DNA of 64,000 nt, from NCBI GenBank assembly GCA_963816145.1, contig CAWFJP010000029.1:320001-384000 (forward strand), written 5' to 3'. Below, piece after piece: positions 38,707 through 47,552 of this stretch (positions within the stretch are counted from its first letter, which is position 1; the number at the start of each line of letters is the position of its first letter). Both the position numbers and the translations under genes were made by a program. The stretch comes from an uncultured delta proteobacterium (lineage in GTDB: Bacteria > Desulfobacterota > Binatia > UBA9968). Below the pieces are notes generated by a model. The model saw nothing but the letters and a program-made list of their open reading frames with translations, was not told the DNA's origin and searched no databases.

Positions 38707-39465
38707 CTAGGTCGCGGCGAAACGCTGGCCGAACTGTTCGGCCTTGAAAAAATCGGCGACATACTCGGTCGCCGGATGGCGCATCAGATTTTCCGGCGTA
38801 TCGGCTTGTTCGAAGCGGCCGGCATGCATGACCGCGATGCGATCGGCGAGCGCGATGCCGTCAGCCAGATTGTGGGTTACGTACAACGTCGTCAAGCGAT
38901 TTTCTTTGTGAAACGATATAATCTCCTGGCGCATCTTCAGGCGATTGGGCGGATCGATATTGCTGAGCGGCTCGTCCATCAGCATGATCTGCGGCGCCGT
39001 GACCATGGCGCGGCCCAAAGCGACGCGCTGCTGCTGGCCGCCGGAAAGCTCGGATGGCTTGCGCTTGAAGAAGCTCTCGTCGATGCCGACTTTCCAGGCT
39101 AGTGGGCGGAGGTACTCGGCGATCTTTTCGCTGGACCATTTGCGCACCTTCAACGGCAGCGACAGGTTCGAGTATTTACTCTCCTCGAAGACTTTCATGT
39201 GCGGCCAGAGCGCGTAATTCTGAAAAATCATCTGGACGTTGCGTTTACCGACGGGAACGTCGTTGACCGGAACGCCGCCGATGAAAATCGTGCCGCTGTC
39301 TGGGGATTCGAGTCCGGCGATGAGTCGCAGCGTGGTGGTCTTGCCACAGCCGCTCTCGCCGACGATGACCATGAATTCTCCAGCATTGACGTCGAGGTTG
39401 GCCTGATCCACGGCGGCGATGGCGCCAAACTTCTTGGTCAGTTTTCGTAGTGAAAGAGAGATCAC
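38707..39465 (-). CDS. ABC transporter ATP-binding protein (MalK/PotA-like, short)
   Basis: GESGCGKT, LSGGQQQR, LMDEP, YVTH. Confidence 0.93.
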   Translation of the reverse strand: MISLSLRKLTKKFGAIAAVDQANLDVNAGEFMVIVGESGCGKTTTLRLIAGLESPDSGTIFIGGVPVNDVPVGKRNVQMIFQNYALWPHMKVFEESKYSNLSLPLKVRKWSSEKIAEYLRPLAWKVGIDESFFKRKPSELSGGQQQRVALGRAMVTAPQIMLMDEPLSNIDPPNRLKMRQEIISFHKENRLTTLYVTHNLADGIALADRIAVMHAGRFEQADTPENLMRHPATEYVADFFKAEQFGQRFAAT

Positions 39466-39656
39466 ACAACCATGCTAGTACAAGGACGGGGGGGAAGACA
39501 ATATTAGAATGAAGGATCCGTTCCAATGGTTCCAGTAGTTCCATGGGTTCCAATCGTCGGAAGGGAGCGCGTTCAACTACACGGTCGCGGGGCTAGTCAT
39601 CGGAGTTGTTGTTGGATATATTGGCGCCACTTGAATTCAGATTTTTTGGAGGACCT

Positions 39657-40409
39657 ATGGCTGGGTTACTTGGATCTGAGGAGTTGATCGCGGATTTGCA
39701 ACAGACTTTGCAGCAGCGCCATCCGCGGACGCATCCGATCCGTCAGTTGCTGCTGAGCGGTCGGCTCACCAAAGAGCAATTGCAATGGTGGGCGCGCAAT
39801 CAGTTCCATGAGTTTCGCAACATTCATCGCTTCTTCGGCATCCGCTACCATAAGTGTCCGATCCCCGAGCTGCGCCGCATGTTGCTCGAAAATATGGTCG
39901 AGGAAGAGGGCGAAGATCTGTTCGGCGGCAAGTATCCGAGCCATCGCGAGCTCTGGGTGCAGTTCGCCAACGGCATCGGCATCGCCACCGACGATATTCT
40001 CAACTACGAACCCTTACCGGGGATCCGCGCCGCGCTGGAGATGTATGTGTCGCTGGTGCAACAGAGCCACTGGGCGGTGGCGATCGGCACCGGGCTGGTT
40101 TTCGAAGGCGGCGGTCCGAAACGAATGAAAGAGGAGCGCGAAGCCATTGAGAAGTATTACCGGTGGATTCCCGTCGATTGCTTGGATTTTTTCCGCGCCC
40201 ATGAGTACCACGATGAAGGCCATGGCGATATGGTAACCAACGTCATCAAACAGCACTGCATGGAGGAGAAGTTGCAAAATGAAATGCGCGAGGCGGTGCG
40301 CCAGCGCGCCGATATCATGTGGCTGCAGAATGACTGCATTTATAATGCCTTTGTCCGGCCGCAGTTGGCGGGCGAATTGATTCGGGAGATCGAAGGCAGA
40401 CTTGAATAG
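39657..40409 (+). CDS. Heme-oxygenase-like diiron enzyme (PqqC/CADD/TenA fold)
   Basis: HP...G.LTKEQL..W, EN..EE, SH..LW..F, E, FF..H...DE.H. GGAGG RBS. Confidence 0.85.
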   Translation: MAGLLGSEELIADLQQTLQQRHPRTHPIRQLLLSGRLTKEQLQWWARNQFHEFRNIHRFFGIRYHKCPIPELRRMLLENMVEEEGEDLFGGKYPSHRELWVQFANGIGIATDDILNYEPLPGIRAALEMYVSLVQQSHWAVAIGTGLVFEGGGPKRMKEEREAIEKYYRWIPVDCLDFFRAHEYHDEGHGDMVTNVIKQHCMEEKLQNEMREAVRQRADIMWLQNDCIYNAFVRPQLAGELIREIEGRLE

Positions 40410-40454
40410 CCGATCTAGGGTTCAACCGTTCAGGCTTCAATTTCGGATTGCAAC

Positions 40455-41501
40455 ATGACTGATAAGGCCATTGATCTGCGCAGCGACACTGTCACAAAAC
40501 CGTCACCGGCGATGCGGCGGGCGATGGCCGAGGCTGAGGTCGGCGACGATGTTTACATCGAAGATCCGACGGTCAATCGTTTGCAGAATCGCGCCGCGGA
40601 GATTTTTGGCCGCGAGGCGGGACTGTTCGTGCCGTCCGGCTCCATGGGCAATCTCACTTGCATCATGGCCCAGACCGAGCGCGGCCAGGAAGTCATTTGC
40701 GAAGCGGCCGGGCATATCTACAGTTACGAGATGGCTTCGATGTCCGCGCTGGCCGGCGTCTTGCCACGGGTGGTTCCGACCATTGACGGCATCATGACCT
40801 GGGAGCAGGTCGCTCTGGCGATTCGGGAAAAAACCTACACACGCCCGCAGACGGCATTGGTCGCGCTGGAAAACACGCACAACATGGCCGGCGGCACGGT
40901 CTATCCGACCCGGTTGGCGCACACGATCTGTGACAACGCCCATGAGGCCGGATTAAAAGTACACCTCGACGGCGCGCGGGTGTTTAATGCCGCGGTGCAT
41001 GTCGGACAAAAGGTCGCCGAGATCACCAAGAAATTCGATTCCGTGCAGTTTTGTTTCAGCAAGGGTTTGGGCGCGCCGGTGGGCTCCATGATCGTCGGCA
41101 GCAGGGAACTCATCGAGCGCTGCCGGATCATCCGCAAGATGCTCGGCGGCGGCATGCGCCAAGTTGGCGTGATCGCGGCTGCCGCTGCGGTGGCCTTGGA
41201 AGAGGGGCCGAAGCGTTTATATCTCGATCATGAAAATGCCCAGGTGCTGGCGCAAGGATTGGCCAATATCCCGCGAATTCGGATTCAGCCGGAAAAAGTT
41301 CAGACCAATATTGTGATCTTTGACGTTAGCGAAGCCAGGTTGGCATCGGGTGAATTTCTCAAACGGCTGGCCGCTCGTAAGGTTTTGGCCGGACCAGTCG
41401 ATGGCCGGCGCGTACGGATGGTGACTCACCTCGATGTCGATCGTAGTGACGTTGAGCAGGCGTTGAAAGTGATCGGAGAAGTAGCAGGGCAGGGGTTCTA
41501 G
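40455..41501 (+). CDS. ltaE: Low-specificity L-threonine aldolase
   Basis: IDLRSDTVT, VGDDVY.EDPT, LENTHN, HLDGARVFNA, CFSKGLGAPVGS. Confidence 0.95.
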   Translation: MTDKAIDLRSDTVTKPSPAMRRAMAEAEVGDDVYIEDPTVNRLQNRAAEIFGREAGLFVPSGSMGNLTCIMAQTERGQEVICEAAGHIYSYEMASMSALAGVLPRVVPTIDGIMTWEQVALAIREKTYTRPQTALVALENTHNMAGGTVYPTRLAHTICDNAHEAGLKVHLDGARVFNAAVHVGQKVAEITKKFDSVQFCFSKGLGAPVGSMIVGSRELIERCRIIRKMLGGGMRQVGVIAAAAAVALEEGPKRLYLDHENAQVLAQGLANIPRIRIQPEKVQTNIVIFDVSEARLASGEFLKRLAARKVLAGPVDGRRVRMVTHLDVDRSDVEQALKVIGEVAGQGF

Positions 41502-41615
41502 TCAATCGCGATTCTTTCGCGATTTTCTCGCTCTCTGGAGCGGCTTAGGGTGAGGCGCTTCAGAGGAGGGCGACTGCCGGTCGCCCGACATTCACAGGTG
41601 CACTGACGGAAATTC

Positions 41616-42107
41616 CTACCCGCCTTGTGCTTTTCTTCTCTTAGTGCCGCGGATGGAGCTCAGCGCGTCGACAGCGGCGATTCTGCCAATCGGCCCGGTG
41701 GCGAAGCAGGCTTGAAGCACTTTGCGATCGGGTCCTAACGTGAAATTTGTCGCGTGGATGATGCTACGCCGCTCTTCCCAATAAGCGCCGACGCGTTCGG
41801 CATCCTCCGGTACTTTGAGGCCGTAGCCGATCGGAAACGTCGCGCCGGTTTTCGAAACCATCTCTTGGGCCTTATCGAGTGGATCGACGGATAGGGCGAC
41901 GATGTCGGCGTTCTCAGCTTTGAATTCCTCTAAATGGGCCTGATAGTCGGCAACCTGCCGCACGCAGTAGGGTCACCAGATGCCGCGGTAGTAGATGATG
42001 ACGGCGTATTCGCCTTTGAGATCGGCGGGAATATTCAGTGTCCGGCCGTCAGTCAATGGAACCGTGAAATGTGGGAACGGGTCGCCGGGATTGAGCTGCT
42101 TTGCCAT
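41616..42107 (-). CDS. Selenocysteine-containing peroxiredoxin-like (AhpC/TSA) protein, UxxC motif
   Basis: ORFs 41973-42161 and 41616-41963 share a frame and read YRGIW-TGA-PYC-VRQ. UGA at 41973-41975 occupies the first CxxC cysteine position, with a SECIS-like hairpin downstream. Confidence 0.88.
41946..41961 (-). promoter_or_regulatory. Candidate bacterial SECIS element
   Basis: 11 nt after the UGA: G-CGGCA-GGU-UGCCG-AC hairpin, resembling the E. coli fdhF apical GCAGGUCUGC. Confidence 0.65.
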
Positions 42108-42169
42108 TTGGAAATCCATCCTTCCGGACGTTAGATTCCGCTTTCCAACATTTGGATGCAACTATTTTT

Positions 42170-43087
42170 TTAGCCGGCCAAGCCGAGAAGCTTGGCGGCG
42201 TTGCCGCCGAGTATTTTTTGTTTGTCCTCGTCGGGGATCTTCAACTGCTTCACGGTGTCGACCGCGCGCACCAGCGTGATCGGCACCGGCGGCGTGTCGC
42301 TGCCGAATACCACCTGGTCGATGCCGATGGTATCGATGGCGCATTGCACCGCGGGCGGGTGGTAGCAGACGGTGTCGAAGAAGAGTTGCTTCATGTAGCT
42401 CGCCGGCGGGCGGGTCATGACATCGGGTTCCCAGGGGCCGAAGCTGTCGTCTTTCCTTAGCTCGTAGCCGAAGCCGTAACGGCCCGGCAGCATTGCCAGC
42501 GCACCGCCGACATGGGCGCAGACCATTCTGAGCTTGGGAAACTTCTCGAAGCCACCGGCGAAGATGAAGCGGGTCAGCGACAGCGTCGTGTCGAACGGCC
42601 GCCCAAGCATCTCGGGCAAACGGTACATCTCCATCTTCTCGTTGCCGATTGTGAACTTGGGCGGATGGACGAACACCGGAATATTCAGAGCACTGACCAT
42701 TTCGAAAAACGGCGCCGCCCGCGGCGAATCGAGATACTCGCCGTCAGTGCTCGAGTTGATCATGATGCCTTTGAGTTTGTATTCGCGAATGGCTTTCTCA
42801 GTCTCTTTAAGGATCGGCCCGTTATCGTAGGGCACCGAGCAGGCGAGGCCAAGCAAACGTTTCGGATGCTTGGCGGTGAGCTCTGCCGCGTGCGCGTTGA
42901 ACTCCTGGACGACCTTCAAGGGATCGTAGCCGTCCGGGGAACGAATCCAGTTGTTGCCGAACACCGTGATGTCGACGCCGGATTTGTCCTGTTCGTCGAA
43001 CAAATGCGGCAGATCGAACATCCATTTGGGCGATTTCGGATGAAACCAGCTTTGCGGAACTAAATGGGCGTGACAGTCGATGATCAT
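42170..43087 (-). CDS. Amidohydrolase_2 (ACMSD-like decarboxylase)
   Basis: IIDCHAH, VFVHP, AHVGG, FGSD.P. Confidence 0.9.
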   Translation of the reverse strand: MIIDCHAHLVPQSWFHPKSPKWMFDLPHLFDEQDKSGVDITVFGNNWIRSPDGYDPLKVVQEFNAHAAELTAKHPKRLLGLACSVPYDNGPILKETEKAIREYKLKGIMINSSTDGEYLDSPRAAPFFEMVSALNIPVFVHPPKFTIGNEKMEMYRLPEMLGRPFDTTLSLTRFIFAGGFEKFPKLRMVCAHVGGALAMLPGRYGFGYELRKDDSFGPWEPDVMTRPPASYMKQLFFDTVCYHPPAVQCAIDTIGIDQVVFGSDTPPVPITLVRAVDTVKQLKIPDEDKQKILGGNAAKLLGLAG

Positions 43088-43186
43088 TGTTTTAAGGCCT
43101 TTCGTTGTGGAAGATTATGGGTGAGTGTGGCAAATGTCAAAACGATAAGCGATCGATATGTATCGCTTCACTTCACTTCTTAGGAT

Positions 43187-43606
43187 TCATGAAGCCGCGG
43201 TCGCTAGCGCGCTTGCGGCATCGTAAAATGCGAAAAACTCGCAGATCTTACCGTCGCGGAAATTCTGGAAATCGGCTTTTGGGGTGATCAGCGTCTTGCC
43301 GGCCTTTCGATGCTTGAACGACACTTGTCCAAGCGCGACGACGCGGTCGCCTTGGGCGATGTATTCGTCGACGCGGTAGTAGATCATATCCCACTCGGAC
43401 GCCAGGCCAGTGAAATATTGTTTCACGTCATCCTTGCAGCAGGAGGGTCGGGTGAATTGCATCTCGACGGCGCCAGCAGCCAAGGAGCCGAACTGCACGT
43501 CGTCGGTCATCAAGTTCAGCCAATGATCGACGCTGCCCGCTTTGCTGTCGTGCCAGCGATGATAGGCGTCTTTCAGAGTCGCAACGTTGCTAGGTTCGTG
43601 GGCCAT
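43187..43606 (-). CDS. SnoaL/NTF2-like protein
   Basis: LMTDDV, YIAQGDRVVALG, FRDGKI..F..YD. Confidence 0.88.
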   Translation of the reverse strand: MAHEPSNVATLKDAYHRWHDSKAGSVDHWLNLMTDDVQFGSLAAGAVEMQFTRPSCCKDDVKQYFTGLASEWDMIYYRVDEYIAQGDRVVALGQVSFKHRKAGKTLITPKADFQNFRDGKICEFFAFYDAASALATAAS

Positions 43607-43709
43607 TTATTGGGTTCCCCTATGCGTCGCTGATACGGGCTAGTCATAGCAAATTTCTTGGCGCAGGGGCAGGGGTGCGTTGTTCCGTCTTTCTACGTTT
43701 CGCTGTCGC

Positions 43710-44027
43710 TTAAGAGGAAGTGATCTTAAGCCCGACGATACCGGCGACGATCAGGCCGATGCAGGCGAGACGCGGAAGAGCGGCAGATTCGGAAAAAAGT
43801 ATGATGCCTAGGATCGCTGTGCCGGCGGCACCGATGCCGGTCCAAATTGCGTAGGCGGTGCCGACTGGAATCGTCTTGAGCGCTTGGGCGAGGCAATAGA
43901 AGCTCGCAATCATTCCGACTACTGTGACGAGGCTCCAACGCAGATGATTGAATCCCTCAGTGTACTTGAGGCTGATTGCCCAGAAAATTTCCAATAAACC
44001 GGCGACGCATAAATAAATCCATGCCAT
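43710..44027 (-). CDS. sugE: SMR family exporter, Gdx/SugE subtype
   Basis: MAWIYL..AGLLEI.WA..LK...GF, PVGTAYAIWTGIG. Confidence 0.9.
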   Translation of the reverse strand: MAWIYLCVAGLLEIFWAISLKYTEGFNHLRWSLVTVVGMIASFYCLAQALKTIPVGTAYAIWTGIGAAGTAILGIILFSESAALPRLACIGLIVAGIVGLKITSS

Positions 44028-44075
44028 GGCGGTCTCCTAACAGCGGAAAATGACTGTTCCCGATCAACGTGAACC

Positions 44076-44621
44076 TTATTGGTTGAGCGCGTTGTCATGA
44101 TCGCGAGGAACGACCGTCTCTAAGCCGCCAAGTTTGCCGGTTGGTTTGCCGTGGCAAAGCAACTCTATCTCCTGACCTTTCGTGCCATGTTTACTGACAC
44201 GGACACCAGCCGTGATTATGGCTGGCTTCGCGTCGCCCTCGAAATAATCGAAGAGGGTGTAGCGATAATCTCGGTTGTCGAAGCTAATCTCGGTGCGGTC
44301 TACCTGGGCGCGGAAGTAGTGCGCGTAACGAAAGGCGAGTTGGGTGTTGGCACGCGCCTCGGGAAATTGCAGTTCGATGGCGCCGGGTTTACCGTAGCGG
44401 TACTGCAAATATCCGCGCCGATGGTCGAGAGTGCTCGAAGCGCATAATGAAGTGATTCGTGCTCCGGGAGTAACCACGCAAGAGAACATGACTTGTTCTT
44501 CGTCGCGGCATAATGATAAGGACTGACTCTTCGGTGCTGCTTGCGCTGCGAGTAGAGTCGCCCGTGGTTGCAGGACGGCGAAAACCGGCAACAAAAGTAA
44601 CCCAATTGATCTGGCGTTCAT
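44076..44621 (-). CDS. Secreted hypothetical protein with conserved Cys
   Basis: ATGA overlap with lspA, signal peptide, SLC..FSC..SLC..LQYRYG..EL.FP. Confidence 0.75.
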   Translation of the reverse strand: MNARSIGLLLLPVFAVLQPRATLLAAQAAPKSQSLSLCRDEEQVMFSCVVTPGARITSLCASSTLDHRRGYLQYRYGKPGAIELQFPEARANTQLAFRYAHYFRAQVDRTEISFDNRDYRYTLFDYFEGDAKPAIITAGVRVSKHGTKGQEIELLCHGKPTGKLGGLETVVPRDHDNALNQ

Positions 44622-45127
44622 GGTTTGTCGGTCGCTTCTGCCGATCTTGAACTGCGCATACTTTCGGCAAGCATGAAGATCGCGCCGAATGTGATCGCCA
44701 TGTCGGCGACATTGAAGATGCCGGTGCGCAACGGGCCGATGCCGACATTGAGAAAGTCTACCACCCGACCTTCGTAGGCGATGCGGTCGATTAAGTTGCT
44801 CAATCCGCCGGCGCAAACCAGCGATAAACAGACGATTGCAAACGACGCCAACTCACGGCTTCGTAGAAGATAAACCAGCAGTGCCAATAGAAATATCCCG
44901 ACCAGGACGGTGAAAATCAAATGGCGCCAGGGATCAGGCAGGGTAGCGCCGAGACCGAGGAAGGCGCCGCTATTCTCGGCGTACTGCAAGCGCAAGGTGT
45001 CGCCGGCATAAGAATAAAGGTCGCCGGGTTGAAGATATTGCTTAGCGACAAATTTGCTGACTTGGTCGATAACGATGCAGCTCAACGTGATTAAAAAAAT
45101 TAACAGCGGCCTTGGCAGTTTGGTCAT
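44618..45127 (-). CDS. lspA: Lipoprotein signal peptidase II
   Basis: DQVSK, NSGAF, GG.SNLIDR, VVDF, FNVAD. Confidence 0.95.
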   Translation of the reverse strand: MTKLPRPLLIFLITLSCIVIDQVSKFVAKQYLQPGDLYSYAGDTLRLQYAENSGAFLGLGATLPDPWRHLIFTVLVGIFLLALLVYLLRSRELASFAIVCLSLVCAGGLSNLIDRIAYEGRVVDFLNVGIGPLRTGIFNVADMAITFGAIFMLAESMRSSRSAEATDKP

Positions 45128-45172
45128 ACTCGCTCTTTGGTAACGTTTCTTGCTTCATGTTACAACCGCGCA

Positions 45173-46939
45173 ATGGCGCGCTCGAAACAGAAACTTGCCC
45201 GGTTGATTCGCGGTGCGATGGGCGAGGTGAAAGCGGACCTCATCGTTAGCGGCGGCAAGCTGATCAATGTTTATTCCGGCGAAATCCTCGATGGCTTTGA
45301 GCTCGCGGTCCTCGACGGCCGGATTTGCTACGTCGGCCCAAGTGCTAAACATACCCGGGGTGAAAAGACGGATATTCTCGACGCTTCCGGATGTTATGTC
45401 TCCCCCGGTTTCATAGACGGCCATACTCATATCGGTCATTACGCTAGGCCCTTCGAGAATCTGCAATCGTTTCTGCCGCATGGGACCACTTCGGTGGTTG
45501 CGTCCTGCGATGAAATGTCGAGCGTATTCGGCCTGCGCGGCGTAAAATTGTTTCTCGATGAAGTCGAGAAACATCCGCTGCGGGTTTACACGTTGGTGTC
45601 GATGGTGGCGCCGCAGGACCCACTGTTGTGCAGCACGGCGGAATTTACCAACGAGGAAATTGCCGCGGCTTTGGACGATCCACGGGTGCTCGGCATGGGC
45701 GAGATCGTTTCCTGGTTGCGTTTGACTCAGTGCGACGATGAATTACTTTCGCGCTTGGAGCTTGCCTTGCATCGCGGCCAAATCATTCATGGCCACACCG
45801 CCGGGGCGCGTGATCAGAAGCTCTGCGCGGTGGCCGCCACGGGCATTTCTTCTTGCCATGAACCGATTCGCTTCGACGATGCGCTGGAGCGGCTGCGCTT
45901 AGGCTACTGGACCATGCTGCGCGAAGGTTCGTTGCGCCAGGACTTGGCCACGACGTTGCCGGAATTGATTGCATCGGGCGTGAACCTCCAGCGGCTCATC
46001 CTCGTCACCGATAGCATGACGCCGGATGAAGTCGGGGAGCGCGGGCATATGGACCACGTCGCACGGCGCGCCATCGAGCTCGGACTTCCGCCGCTGCAGA
46101 CCATTCAGTCGATGACGCTCAATCCTGCGGTTTACTCGGGCATCGAGCAGGATATCGGCGGCATCGCGCCGGGGCGGTTTGCCGACTTGGTTCTACTCGA
46201 CAATCTGGAGCGGTGTCATGTGCGCGAGGTCCGCGTCGGTGGAAAACGCGTTGCCGGGAATGGCGTTTCTGAATTCCGCGGTGAAGCGATTGCGCTGCCG
46301 CAGGATTTGATGCGATCGTTAGACGTAGGATTCAAAATCACCGCGGAGGTTTTCAAGGTCGCTGCGCCAGGCCCCCGTCCCCAAGTGCGTGTCATGGAGT
46401 TGGTGAACCAGACGATCACGGTGGAACGGATTATCGAGTTCAACGTGGCGAGTGGATGTGTCGAGGCTAATCTTTACGATGACATTCTCAAAGTTGCGAT
46501 GTTCGATCGGCATCAGCGGGCGAAGCAGGTATCATTCGGCTTTCTCAAGGGACTCGGTGCAAAAGTGGGGGCGGTCGGTCTAACCACCAACCTGGACGAA
46601 AATACTTTAATGATTGTCGGCAGCGACGATTTCGACATGGCCCTGTGCACTAATGTCTTACTAGGAGCCGGGGGCGGCATGGCGATCGTTGATGGCGGAG
46701 AGATATTGGAAAAACTGGAATTTCCCTTTGGCGGGATTTTTTCGCTACATCCGTGGCAGGAAGTGGGCAAGACGATGGCCCGCCTTCAATACCGTCTAAA
46801 AGAAATGGGCTCGTCTTTCGACAAGCCCATCTTTGCTTTGAATTTCTTGCCGTTCGTGACTTTGCCGGCGCTGCGGATTACCGCGCGCGGTTTGGTGAAC
46901 GCAAAAGAACGGCGGATCGTGCCCCTGTTCGCGGACTGA
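45173..46939 (+). CDS. ade: Adenine deaminase family amidohydrolase
   Basis: PGFIDGHTH, GH, SCHE, LREGS, LVTD, GIAPGRFADLV, C-terminal adenine deaminase domain. Confidence 0.85.
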   Translation: MARSKQKLARLIRGAMGEVKADLIVSGGKLINVYSGEILDGFELAVLDGRICYVGPSAKHTRGEKTDILDASGCYVSPGFIDGHTHIGHYARPFENLQSFLPHGTTSVVASCDEMSSVFGLRGVKLFLDEVEKHPLRVYTLVSMVAPQDPLLCSTAEFTNEEIAAALDDPRVLGMGEIVSWLRLTQCDDELLSRLELALHRGQIIHGHTAGARDQKLCAVAATGISSCHEPIRFDDALERLRLGYWTMLREGSLRQDLATTLPELIASGVNLQRLILVTDSMTPDEVGERGHMDHVARRAIELGLPPLQTIQSMTLNPAVYSGIEQDIGGIAPGRFADLVLLDNLERCHVREVRVGGKRVAGNGVSEFRGEAIALPQDLMRSLDVGFKITAEVFKVAAPGPRPQVRVMELVNQTITVERIIEFNVASGCVEANLYDDILKVAMFDRHQRAKQVSFGFLKGLGAKVGAVGLTTNLDENTLMIVGSDDFDMALCTNVLLGAGGGMAIVDGGEILEKLEFPFGGIFSLHPWQEVGKTMARLQYRLKEMGSSFDKPIFALNFLPFVTLPALRITARGLVNAKERRIVPLFAD

Positions 46940-46942
46940 AAC

Positions 46943-47350
46943 CTAGGAAGCGCTGCCTTCTTTTTTCGGTTCTTGACGCAGCGGTAAAACCCGGCCCTCG
47001 TTTTTTCTCATCGAGATGTGGCCTTCGAGGATAGCACCGTCACCGATGACCAGGCTCTGGGTGGTCACATCGCCCACCACCGAGCCGGGCGGTTGGATTT
47101 CGAGTTTCTTTTCGGCGACCACGTCCGCCATTACCTTGCCCTGTACGAGAATCGATTGCGCGGAGACTTTACCTTTGACAATCGCCTGTTGACCCACCGT
47201 GATATGGGCTTGGGCGACGATCTCGCCTTCGACCTCGCCATCGATAGTCGCTTGGCCTTCGAAATGAAGTTTCCCGTTGATTTTCGTGCCGGCACCGAGG
47301 TACGCGCCCAAATCCGCCGGCAAGCCGCTTGGTCTGTTGCTTTCTGCCAT
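46943..47350 (-). CDS. Bactofilin (polymer-forming cytoskeletal protein)
   Basis: G.GTKINGKLHF..IDG.VEGEI beta-helix repeats, L.I.DGA.LEG. Confidence 0.92.
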   Translation of the reverse strand: MAESNRPSGLPADLGAYLGAGTKINGKLHFEGQATIDGEVEGEIVAQAHITVGQQAIVKGKVSAQSILVQGKVMADVVAEKKLEIQPPGSVVGDVTTQSLVIGDGAILEGHISMRKNEGRVLPLRQEPKKEGSAS

Positions 47351-47552
47351 GAATGCCTCCTTTCCCGTCAAGTTTCGGACTATAGAACACTGGGGATTTT
47401 TTGTCTAGTTTTGCGGCTGCCATCGAATTGTCTGAATCCTTGGGTATTTCTTTTGCCGCCACTGAATCGCTCTGCTATAAATTACTTTAGGTGTAAAATA
47501 TTAGGTCGCCGAAACCTTTTTCGCTCGCCGGTGTCGAGTTAGGAGTCAACAC

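Noticed and set aside
44028-44075. Guanidine riboswitch upstream of sugE/gdx
   Set aside because: Only 48 bp separate the genes, with no twin ACGR hairpins or ykkC-type motif visible.
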